From contig OZ249436.1 of assembly GCA_965235115.1 (NCBI GenBank), positions 52,392,001-52,456,000 on the forward strand: 64,000 bases of DNA, in the 5' to 3' direction. Positions 12,901-24,900 of the stretch are shown piece after piece. The stretch's first letter is position 1. Each line of letters starts with the position of its first letter. Under the pieces are notes generated by a model. That model was not told the origin of the DNA. It did no database searches and saw only the letters and a list, made by a program, of their open reading frames with translations. This DNA comes from Laetmonice hystrix (taxonomy: Eukaryota). A program made the position numbers and the translations under genes.

Positions 12901-15900
12901 TCTTTGCGATATCTTTGCCAAAGATATCTTTTGGACTACAGGGCTCGAAAAAAAGATCTACCAGTTTTACTTGCCCAAACTTGCCCTTCGGGCAAGTAGT
13001 AACCAAGACATACTACACAAACCTTAAATTTTACTTGCCCAGAGACATCTTCTAGTCTTCTCGGACGATCGGACGAAGGTTTTTTCGAGCCCTGGACTAG
13101 TGACTAGGGGGGAGAGCGAGTGTTTCAATAAAAACCTCGCACCTGACTCCAGCAAGGTTTTCAAAGATATCTTTGGGCTATCAGGGTTTCCGCCAGAGGG
13201 TAAAATGGGTAAAATTCCGTACCCAAAAACTTTTCCAGGGTACGGATCCATACGCTCAAAATCATTGGGTAACCATTTCTCCATGAAGTGATAATAAACA
13301 GGCATGAAAATGGAAAACTGGAAAAAAATCGGAACATCTAAATCCCCTTGAGGAAGCCCATTAAATTCTAAAGACAGTAGTCTGGAGTTGGATAGCGCCC
13401 CCCCCCCCCCATAACACTGACATTTTCTCAATCGATTTGCATAGATCTCAAGAATGACCCAAATCACTTGAAAAAATACCCTGGTCCGTACCCTAATTTT
13501 TTTTTCTGGCAGAAACCCTGGCTATATTGAAACGCACCCCGGGAGGTTGGCTGCAGAGTCAAGCGTACTCGTATAGTTCTCATTACTATCCGAAATATTA
13601 GGTCTGGATTGAGTCTCAAGCAATTTACTCTTTTCCCCTCCATCAGTTTTGGTCCCCAATTTACCTATCCAGGCTGTCGTTTATTACTGTTTTGTAAGAA
13701 AACTACACTGCCCGTCAGCTAGCAGACGACGACCGGAGGTTTGAGCCCAAACTGCGACATGTATGCTCACTTAATACCCCCTATACACAGGGGTGGCGAT
13801 CGTTGAGAGATTGTTGAGCGATGAAGAAATGGCCATCTCTCAACTCAGCGGTTGCCAAGACCTCTCAATGATCTCTCAATGATCTTCCAGTGATCTTCAC
13901 GGTTGCCACAGTCTCCTCAAAGTTTTGAACAGTCCAAAACAATCTCTCAACGATCGCCAAGGGAAGTGATCTCTCAATGAACGCTCAACGGACCTTCAAG
14001 GAGTGCTCATCGATCTCCCAATGATCTTTCAATGAACAGTGTTCTCCACACATGTATACAAAGTACACCGGCGGGCCGCCTGTGTCTCCCGCCGGTGTAC
14101 TGAGCACCCAAAGTGACTGACGACCATTTTCACCGAGCATCCATGCCTCAGATATGGATCTGTTGGGTGTACGGTAGCCTACCCTTTTGTAGGCTAAGTG
14201 GAAAGTACAATTTTAAAGCAGTAACACAGTCAAATTGTTCATTTAAAGTGTCCTTAGATTGAATCTTTTACCCCCCAAAAATAACATGGGAATCTAGGCT
14301 GCCCCTGGACCCCCACAGGCTCCCACACCCCCGGCTCGCCGGTGTGACATCTTATCCTGTGGAGAACACTGAATGAACGCCAAATGTTTCCACCCCGAAG
14401 GTAGAGATGGCTGAGAGATCAGTGAGGGATCGCTGAGCGTTCGATGAAAGACCAATAGAGTTAATTGAAAGACCACAGCGGAGATTGCTGAGATTGGGCA
14501 ATCAATTTCTGCTTGAGAATGAGAGAGATTGTTGAGCATTCTGGATGAGAGATTGGGGAGAGATTGCCATGGCAATGGGAAGCTCAGCAACCTCCTTGGT
14601 CGCCCAAGGAACTCTCAGTGATCCCTCAGTGATCTTTCCTGGTCTCTCAGTGATCTCTGTAGAAGTGATCTCTCTTTGTGGCACGACGAGCTCTCTCAGC
14701 AAACTGTCAAGGGTCACTGCAGGAGGCTTAGTCCAAATTGATCTCTCAAGGATCTTTCAATGAGCGCTCAATGAGCGCCAAGGTCACTCAAAGATCTCTA
14801 TAGATCACCATGAAAGTTGGCGAAAATTGCATTTTTGATTGCACAATGAGCCCATAAGGATCTCCAAAACATTTACACAAAAACGGCTTTTTCGAGACTT
14901 TAGGAGATCATTGAGAGATCAGGCCAATTTTTGATCGCTCAATGGTCATCCAACAATCTCCGTGTGTGTAAAGGGGCCCTTAGTCAGGTTCGGCCTCTAA
15001 ACAATAGGAAACCATGCACCCGGAGATTGCAGACTGGCAGAGAAAACAGAGACACCGGAATGTACCCCCATTCGGAATGAATGGCAGGTTAGTCGGAATG
15101 TACCACCCGCTTAGTCAAAATGTGCCCTACGACCATCGCCTGGTCAGCAGGCTTTGCGGTCAGTGCTTGCTGCATGGCCGGCTAGGTGTGAGAATTGGCC
15201 GCCGTGCCACGGCACAGGTCTGCAGATATGTATGCAGGATGTCAGCCCACGGCTGCGTTTTTGTCGGGGTGTCGGCATCCAAGAACTATATAATTTAGTA
15301 AATAAACCCGAGTAATATGATTGCATAGTGATGGTATTGTTAAAAAGAGTCAATTTTTTTAAGATTCAGGCGGATTACGGTTGGAGGATGATATATGACC
15401 CCCTCAGATTTGCCTGAAATTTTTTTTTGGTGGAAGGCCTATTGGTAGATCTATAGCAAAATCCTCAATTTCTAGGTCCCTAAACCCAACAGGTTTTTTT
15501 CTAGGGCCTCTAGAAGGGTAAGTTTTTTGAGGGCCAAAATTTGACTTCTTACAAAATTAGCTTTTGAAATATCTCCATGCGCAGTTACTTTGATTGATGT
15601 CAATCTGCAATGGAAGGAGTTCCAGAAAATTGCAAAATTTAAGTGGGCAGTTGAGGGCGCCACCTATAGGAGGCGCTGCAAAACGCCACTTTTTGCTAAA
15701 TTCATGCTTATATTTTCTGGACTGCGCCCTCAACATCCCAAGCTAGTTTATGCATGATATGATTCCATTAGCAAGACCAATACTATGCCACTTGAAATGT
15801 GGGATAAAGGCGCGAGAGTATAGGTGGCACTCAAGTAGGTCAAAAAGCAAAATTCAGTGTTTTTGCAGGTAACATTTCTCAATGCACCCTCATCACAGAT

Positions 15901-18900
15901 TTGAATGAAATATTTGTTATCAGGCAGCCCTGTATGTCTACTAACTGTCATATAAAGATTATAGTGGGGTTCAGCTGTATTTTCTGACAATTATTCCACA
16001 AGCGTGTGACACTGTGCACAGTCATCTCTTTTTAGCCCCCAACGGGGGTTTATGATTTGACCTCCGTCTGTCCGTCTGTACGTACATGTACGTCGTGCCA
16101 TACGTATGTCCATAGACAGCGATTACTCAGAAGTGTATAGGTCGATTTCTTCGAAACTTCACACAATTATCAGGGATGATCTGAGGATGGTGCAGGTTAA
16201 ACAGATTTTTGGTAGCGTTCAAAATGGCCACTTGGCAGTCATCTTGGACTAGTAGCAAAAATGTTAATTTTTCAAACCCCAACATTTAAAAAGAGATCAT
16301 AAGGTTGAAATCGCTCGTAACGACATCAGTACTGGGCGCTAAGCTTTCCAGTGCAGTACTTGCCATAATTGACTCCAACTCAAAGCTGACAGTGACTAAA
16401 GCCAGGCTCAGGTCGCCCAGCGATTGCTTGCGCTGTGATGGAAAATTTGATCGCGCTCAATTTCCTCTAAAAAAAAAAGGCGTGCCATCCTGCAACTGTT
16501 GGCATCTAGTCGCCGATCAATTGCAACCACACTCAGGTTACCTGCAACCGTTGACTTTACGATTATCATACGAGCAAGGACTTGACCTTGAAAATGGCCC
16601 ATAAACAGTTGCCATGTTGCACTATGATTGGCTGCACAAATCGCCCAATGGTTGGATCTTAGTCTGCCGCGGCACAGAAGTTGATAAGTTTCTACTCCTA
16701 CGATGGCTGATCTTCTCTGTCGGCAACCTGATGCAGACGTTCACAACGCCGGTTCAACCACGCTCATGTCCTCCTTGATCAGTGACTGATCCATTGTGGA
16801 TCATCATCCAGGCGCAAGGGCAACCTGATCCAGTCTGTACTGATGACTTTGAAGAAATTCTCGAGTGAAGTTGTGTGTAAAGCTAAAGAGTGGGATTGGC
16901 TGTCCTCCTTGAATAGCTGCTTTATTCAGCATATCCCGTAGGGACCCGCGATAAAACCACCATTTCTCACTCTGACCTCACTCCTCTAAAATTTGTGTAC
17001 TTAAAGGAAATAATTATGTGACGGGGCCCGGTATTGACCGAAATCTTCAGTTTTCTGCTAACCTGCTCACCACTGACGTACTTTATGGCACTGATTTTTT
17101 TTCATATTGATTCTGTTAACACATACTACATGTAAGTAGACAGAGCTGTGAAATTCTGCCTAATGTAGAAAAATGAATAAAACTAGCTGCAGTGTCTGCA
17201 AATTGCGATGAATCCGCCATTTTGGCCCCCTTTGGCTGCCGCGTATAGTTTGAACGGGTCCCATGATCACGTGACTCTCGCTGGCATTACTTGAGATGTA
17301 AACAGTTGGCCGTATGCAAGAACAGTGACGAGAGTTAACCCGCAGAACGGCTTAACCCACTCTTTGGTTTAACCTCGTCTCCGGGTTAACTCAAAATCAC
17401 TGGGTTAAGTCAGTCAATTTCGTTCCGTATCACCCCATTCTAATCTGTATTTTCCATACAACCTAATGGTGGTTTTGACCTCTAAAATGGAAACTTGCTT
17501 TACCTGACATATTTAAAGGGGCATGCTATGAGACACGTTTTTGAGGATTTCCGGCAATTATCCAACATGACCGTGTACTAGGGATCCAAGTAAATAATCA
17601 TACCACAGCATTTTGTCCTCCGACGTGTTTTCGCTGCGTATGCAGCACAAGTAGGTTCTATACGACCAAACCTATAGATTTCTCCCGATAGCACATCTCC
17701 CGCCATAATTTGGCGGACAACCCCCCATCAACCGGTGTAATTGCATACTGTGTCACATCCTGTGTGTGTGCACTCTCTGCATGTGCTTAGTCACGTGCTT
17801 TGCTTAGTTGTAAACAATTCAGCAGTAGCACTCGATCGCCGGGCATCAGAATGCCACCCAAAAAATATTATACGAAATCGGCAGAGAAGCGGGCAAGGGA
17901 GCTTAATAAACATCGATTTCTCACGCAAATTGAAACTGATAAGTCTGTCTTTGTTTACCAAGCAATTTTAATGAAGGATCTCTTTATGAAAACAGCAAAA
18001 GTTCTATGAAATACCGATTTTTAACGTTTCCTCATAATATGCCCCTTTAAATCAGTTTTTAAAAAATATTACAAATTTTATGCAACCAACTTGCAATAAA
18101 AATGGTGCTGCATTTGGCTGTTTAGGATAAACTCGCCAGCCACAACCAAGCGGCATCTTGCGGTAATGTACGGCGATATCAATTCTGACGTGATCTTTCC
18201 AAAGAGATGGCAAAATGGGTCAGACTGTAGGAACGGTATCTCAGCAAGTTAGAAACGGAACTTGAAACGTGTAGATGACTCGTAGGCTCAGTGATAGGCA
18301 AGTATTCAGAGGCAATCAACACTCACGGCCTCCATGTTTCTGTGGGTTAACCCTACTAAGGTAGCAGGGTTAACTTTAACCCAGAGAACGGGTTAACCCC
18401 GAGAATTTTTAAGTTCTTGCATACCGGGTTAACGAGTTAACCCACAGACTGGGTTAACCTCGAGGTTAAATACGGTACGTTCTTGCATACGGCCAAGTGG
18501 GACTATAATGGCCCATCCGCCGATCGTGTGAAAAGGGTGCAAAACACAGCCGGCTGCAAATCCCGGGGTCTCGGAATCTAAGTGTGTCATTTTCAGTGGC
18601 TGCATTAAGAATTGGCAATTTTTTTACAAAATACCAGCCAAAGCTACATAAACAGGTAGGGGACCTTTGGGGCATATCAGAGAACTGCTATTTTTGCTGA
18701 AACACGACATATTATTTGAAATTCGTGACATATTACCTTTAAAATCAGGTTTCACAAATGGATACCTTTGTAGACCTGTGTGAATAGAGGAACATGTACC
18801 GGTAATGAGATTTTTGCCCAGAGATCTGGTTTGTGATTTGGCTTTTTCTATAAATGGATCAAAAACTTCAAAATGTTGGTCATAACCTCATTTACACTCC

Positions 18901-21900
18901 TTCAAATTTATCACCCTGAAATTTAAAAAGAATTTACTACTTGGACAATCGGGAGTACTAGTTAAAACCAAAGTTAGACATGTGTCACAACAAACCTGAC
19001 TTTGTCATGCAAACGTGAATTGGTTTATTGTAATGTAACAGCTCTGTAGTCATTATTCTAATTCACCCATGACATCATGATGTCAAGATTGCATGTTGGT
19101 GGCTGCCGTCATGCTATTGGCTGATCATGAGAACTATGACACATCCCGAGGGATGGTCACAACGCCAACGGTATAATTAGAAAATCTTTAATTTGGTTGA
19201 TAGAGCATGCCTGGAAATAAGCACATTTCTTTTTGGTATTTGAAGGTGTTCACATTTCCTTAGAACTGTCAAAGAGCAAGGATAAGGAATTTATACATGT
19301 ACGTGTATCTGAATATTCGTGATGTTTTCATGGCAAACGCTGATTTACATGAAACAGAGATTACCGTGCTGGAACTAATCTTCCTAATGGTGCCCCAAGA
19401 CAAAAGGCATTAAGCTAATTAAATTGGTCTCCAGCACTTGTCAGGATGCTGTGATATATGCTGCTTGCAGTCGCCTCTGCGGTTATTTTATGAAAGAGAC
19501 GTGGTGGAGTAAGATGTTCCTCAAGTTGTGGTGAAATCGGAATTACTCCAAGCATATTTGGATATGATGTGCAGGATGCGGGAGATCACAAGGATATTCG
19601 TGTCAAGAATCAAGAGCTTCTTCTGGCTGGTCACGTCTGACTGAAAATCGAGGTTCACAAAATTTTTGGAATCCTTGTAGTTTGTGGGAGTGCTCTGAAA
19701 TCATCTACATGTGGGATCGTCTATGGATGTGGACATAAGGCTTGCGGTATCAGCTCAGTGTTAATCTGTGGAATTCACCTGGATTCTTATCAGCTTATAC
19801 TAGAAGTCTGGCTGCAACGAAAGTGGATGAATCAGGCTTCATGATTCCTGGAAGAGTTTCATCTTCCAGAAGGTCTGATTCTGAATTAATCGGCCAGTAA
19901 TCAGCCGAGAATCTTGTGAGTCCAAGATTTGGTAGGAAGAGCAAAATACTAGCATCAGTATTAAAAATAACATAGAAGTAGACCAGCAAAGCAGAACTGA
20001 GTAGTTGAAAGAGCCGTCCTACATGTCAAAATGTCGACCATGGATGGTGGAAGGCTGGAGCACCTCATGAGACAATACCAGGAGTGTACATGCCATCTGA
20101 AGCCAATCAAGAATGTCAGTTTTGGAGACCGTGAAATGCTACTTTGCTTTGTGCAACATTTTTCTGGTGATGAAATCTTAAGCATTGCACAGTTGCTTGG
20201 GGAGCGAAAGGGAGTTATTCGGGTGACTTATCGGAGCAGACAAAGTGTGAAGAAATTGGAGGAGTTATTAGTGCGTCGGAAGTTAATGATTCAAAATACG
20301 GCATTGGGTACTTGCGACATGGATGGCCAGTTTATTATTGTTTTGCTTGAGAATGTGCCAAGCTGCGTTCCCGAGGCAGAGGTAGAAGAACAGTTGGGAA
20401 AGTATGGGCTTGTATCAGGCTCCTCCCGTGAGTTCTATGATTTCAAAGGGCATCGCATTGAAAATGAAAAACGCAAAGTGCTCTTCACTCTTCTTTTTAA
20501 TCATATTTCTATCCCGGCAAGAATCAGGATGGGAGAAGCCGTCGTCTTCATTAAGATTCTCGGTGCAGGGACACTTAACATGGATTCATCATCTCCCGCA
20601 GAAAAAGAAGGCCATCCAAGGTTATCATCCAGCAGGGAGGAGCTCGATGGTGGATTGGGCAAAGGGCGTCATTCCCTGAAAACACTGTGAAAGATATGAT
20701 AAAATCTTAGTGGGGAAAAATACATTTGGTGACACTTTATATTAGTTCTTACAACTATTTTCTATGTTCAGTTTTGAGACGGAGCATTTTAAGTCTTAAT
20801 GCCTGGTCATCTTATGCCAACTAGTCTCAGCACATTTCAGTGTTCAATATATTCTGGTCCAGGTTGTATTCACTGCCATGGTTAGGAGAACTTAGCACTT
20901 TCACAACATTGTAAATTTAGGACTGAATTATTAAACAGATCTGTATTTCATATTGATGGGACTGTGGATCACAATGCTCTAAGTTTAATCTGAGATCAAA
21001 AGAAATATACATGTACTGGATAATCACTGGCATCCAAATACATGTACAGTTTCTCAATCTGCCTGCGGTCATGCCTGATGACAGTCTGTGTTTGAGATGT
21101 GAACACCACACATGTAGTATCAGTTTACTGTGACGTACTGCACTTACAATCATGATTTGGTTTTTAAATGTGGAGGGACTAGCTGAGAGTAGAAATTAGA
21201 CCTTTAGAGGATTTATAACATAAGTAGTTGCTCATAACAATTTCCTTGTCTGCCCTTACTTTGTGAACCAGACCAGGGTGATAAACTTTAAGAGGAAGAG
21301 CAATATATTTTTTTGCAATTTTTATGCTTGGTAAACAGCAATTGAGGAAACTATTGAAATTATACCTCATAGATCACGTATCAGATTATTGACTGTGGAT
21401 CCTTAAGAACTGGAACAACTCATGAAGCTACTTTAAAAGTGTATGTTCCGGCTCTCCAAGATGACTTTGGGTGCTTCTTTGCCTCCTGAGGACGATCTCA
21501 TCATCATCACATCATGCACACTTTCCTGGTGAGCGAAGGGGATTTAACCATGTGCTTTTGGGCCTCATTTATCCAAACAGCTTGGTTCCCATTGAAATAT
21601 GCTCAAATTGTGGAATACTTATTCATTTTAAAATACCGGTACAGCATGCTACAATAAGTTTCCAGAAAGTGTTCACCGTGATCAGATTGTGGGGTACATT
21701 TATTAAGAAAGCATGGATTAACAAATTCAGACTGGATTCTCAATTCTGCGAGGAGCTGGATGGAAAAGCTCTATTCTGGTGTCCTGGGCATCCATTGATT
21801 CCCAGGGAACATCGAGGCGTTCAGGATCATACGGTTTGTTATTTGATGCAACCCCAGGTAACTAATTAAAAATTCCTTTCAGCAAGGAAGTAGTGGTAAA

Positions 21901-24900
21901 GATAATTCTGTGAAACAACTTTGGATAAAATGTGTGTACGTGTATACACCCAAACCGTATTTTGGCTTATATTGCCTGTTCTTGATGGATATGATGTAAT
22001 TTAATGTAATGTAAATTGATGGGAACATTAATTTTCATGAACACGGTAAAGGTAATTTCAGGGTTTTGTTGCCCTTAAATGGTTAATCAGGAAGAATCCA
22101 AAACATTTAAATCTGGATGTGTTTATTCCTTATTCCCAAGAAAACAATTCAGAATTTGGATGACCTGACTGCGACAAAATAAGTTCTTAGAAAAACGAGC
22201 TGCATGTGTACTATACTTGGTGGGTTGAAAACCGTTTTGATGGTTGCCCGTGTTCGTGCCCGTTCTGACTTGTCATTTGCGAATGTCCCTCAAAAAGAAA
22301 CATGATGCAGAAAAGAGCCCTCGTGAGCTCATGCATGTCCCCAAAACATTGCCACCCATGCTGGCTTCTTCATATAATTTCTGATTCATGGGAAGGACTT
22401 TATAGATAAAAGGTCGGATCTATATGAATTTGTTCCCAAGTCAAAGACAAAATGCTGTTTCGTTTAATTGAATGCAAATTCTCATTTCTGTGATGTGAAT
22501 CGCCACTGGTTATTGAGTTGTTGACCTGAATTAGCCATTACAGTTTGCAGGTATTTGATTTTTTGAAGTCATGAAAACCTTTCTGCAACACTTTTTTTTT
22601 TACTTCTCTTTTTCTCTGAATAAAAGCTTCATAAAACCTTTAACCAGTTAATCTCAGATAGTGTTTTTTTCATATATTGACCAATAAGTCGCCAGAAAAA
22701 ATATGTTCTTTCATAGGATTGGCCAATTGATGCCAATTGCTCAAGTAGATCCCAGTTGTGTATAATGGTGCCCTATAACCTCAATTGCAGTCATACCCCA
22801 GTTATAAAAACCTGTTAATTAAAATGAGTTTGGTGTCTAGACCAGTTTAAAGTTCTGTGTATATCTCAATGTCGAATTTTAGGAGCCATTTCAAAGCTGT
22901 GTCTGTCGGACATAAGGTCAAGCATTGGTGCTGTATCTATGCCCAAGCTGTTGATCGTGTAGAATTTTGCCAACATATTGGATCCCCAACCCGACTGGGC
23001 AAAATGCATCTGTACTGTATTCAGCCTTAAAAACTTAAATTCAAGCAAAGGAGTCTGTGCTTGAAAACTGTTTTAGGTGTGAGAAAGATTATTATCCATC
23101 TAATTAGTGTTTGCTACAGGTGTTTATTTCCCAAGGGAATAGTCGGCACTTGGCTATAGATTTAGTATTATATCCTAAAGGCCTAATGTGGTGAGATATA
23201 GCCTTGGGTTCAACACCTACAAATAGTGACTGAATGTGATGTGGAAAGACGTAGCCATAGGTCAGCCAACGCTATACGAGGGTATTTCAAGGCTGTCAGT
23301 GAAAAACCTGGCTGGTGATTGACCATGATACTTACTCTGACTCTACCTGACCGAGCACTTAGAATGATTGATTGATTGTAGTCTGCTTGTGGATTAAAAA
23401 GGAAAGTGTAACATAGCATAATTTATTAAATGGAAAAATAGTTGACCTGTATGAGACAATATGTCACAATATGTTACTTTTCTATCATGTGCAAATTTAA
23501 ATTTTTAGAAGTTAGTGGGCTGAATAAAAGTTGCTGGCCTGACGAGCAGAAAAACCATATGATCAGGTCAACAGTTGCATTTGGCCTTAAAATTAAAATT
23601 CTGAAACACGTTCATGTACCTCGACCCCTTTCATTATTTAAATTTAATGGTTAAATTTGTAAATTGTGATTTCAGTATATGAGTGAGAAGATTGGTGGAG
23701 CCAAGGGAACAGAACTTGATGATGAATTTATTGAAATGGAAAGGGTGAGTATAGATTTCAGCTCCACAGCAACCATTAATGATAATAGGTAATTTATATA
23801 CCCTGTGGCTTTTTGGTGCTCAAATTGAAAAATTTGCTATCCCTGAAGTTAACCCTTGCCTTAATACACTCCCAAGTTTATTATCACTGCGGGAATGAGA
23901 TTAAGGAGATTCAAACTATTTTTTTTAGGGGGGGTTGGGTTGTATTCACAATTTGGTTTCATTTTCGTACTGAGATGAGTAAGTTCCTAAACCTTCACAT
24001 TTTCACTGGCTTCAGTGGGTGGCAAGATAGATCTCTCCATGTGTTACTTAGGCCTACTATACATGTTGTAGCTTTGATTAAATTCTTTCTTTATAATACA
24101 TTTGTTTGAAATTTGAATGAGCATAAAGATAGACCATAACATAAAAGAGAGCAAGCTGGTATAATTAACTTAATTTAAGTTTCTTCTCATACTTAGAAAA
24201 GTAATGTCACCTATTTTATGGAGGGTTCAATAATCGTTTGATAGCTTTGCAACAATGTGAAAAATTACAATGAGCATGGATGCTGATTTCCTTACAGAAA
24301 GTTGACGTGACAGGGAAGCTGGTGGATGAGTTGATGGCACGAACCCATGAATTCCTACAGCCTAATCCAGGTGAGTAATATTCTGTACTGTAATTGGATT
24401 TTTTGAGGGGTAAGGGTTTGGCAAGGTTATCAGCTCCTACATGAAGCAGTAAACACACGCAAGTTGTGATATGTATTTAAAGAGTTTTTAGCCCCTGGGC
24501 ACTCCTTTGGGTTGGGGCTTGCAAATTGACCTTTATTATGTCAATCTGTTATGTCCATGGGCAGCTTTTTTCTACTAGGCATGTGGGTGAGCTTCTTTAA
24601 AACTTCACACTAAGATCAGTGGCAGCATGCTGAGTGATGATGCACATCAAATCTTGATCATTCAAAATGGCGGCCAGGCAGCCATCTTGTAATGTTGGGG
24701 GAATAACCCAGACAAAACCATCTTTCAAATGCAGAGAGAAGGGCATATGAGGGGTAACAAGCATGCCAATTTATTTTGTGCCACTCATCTCATCAGTGGC
24801 CCATATATCTTGTGAAAACAAACTTTGAAGATAACCTAGAGATATGGATCCATAGAAAGTCATATAACGTTTCAATTTCATTTGACACCGATTTCTTTTA

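Larger units (their letters stand above)
17005..18738. mobile_element. Kolobok-like element (outer member of a triple nest)
   Basis: TTAA|aggaaataattatgtgacg ... cgtgacatattacct|TTAA, degenerate TIR. Confidence 0.6.

Noticed and set aside
13024..13467. 147-aa minus-strand ORF
   Set aside because: Crosses nested MITE boundaries and a homopolymer run; no transposase motif.
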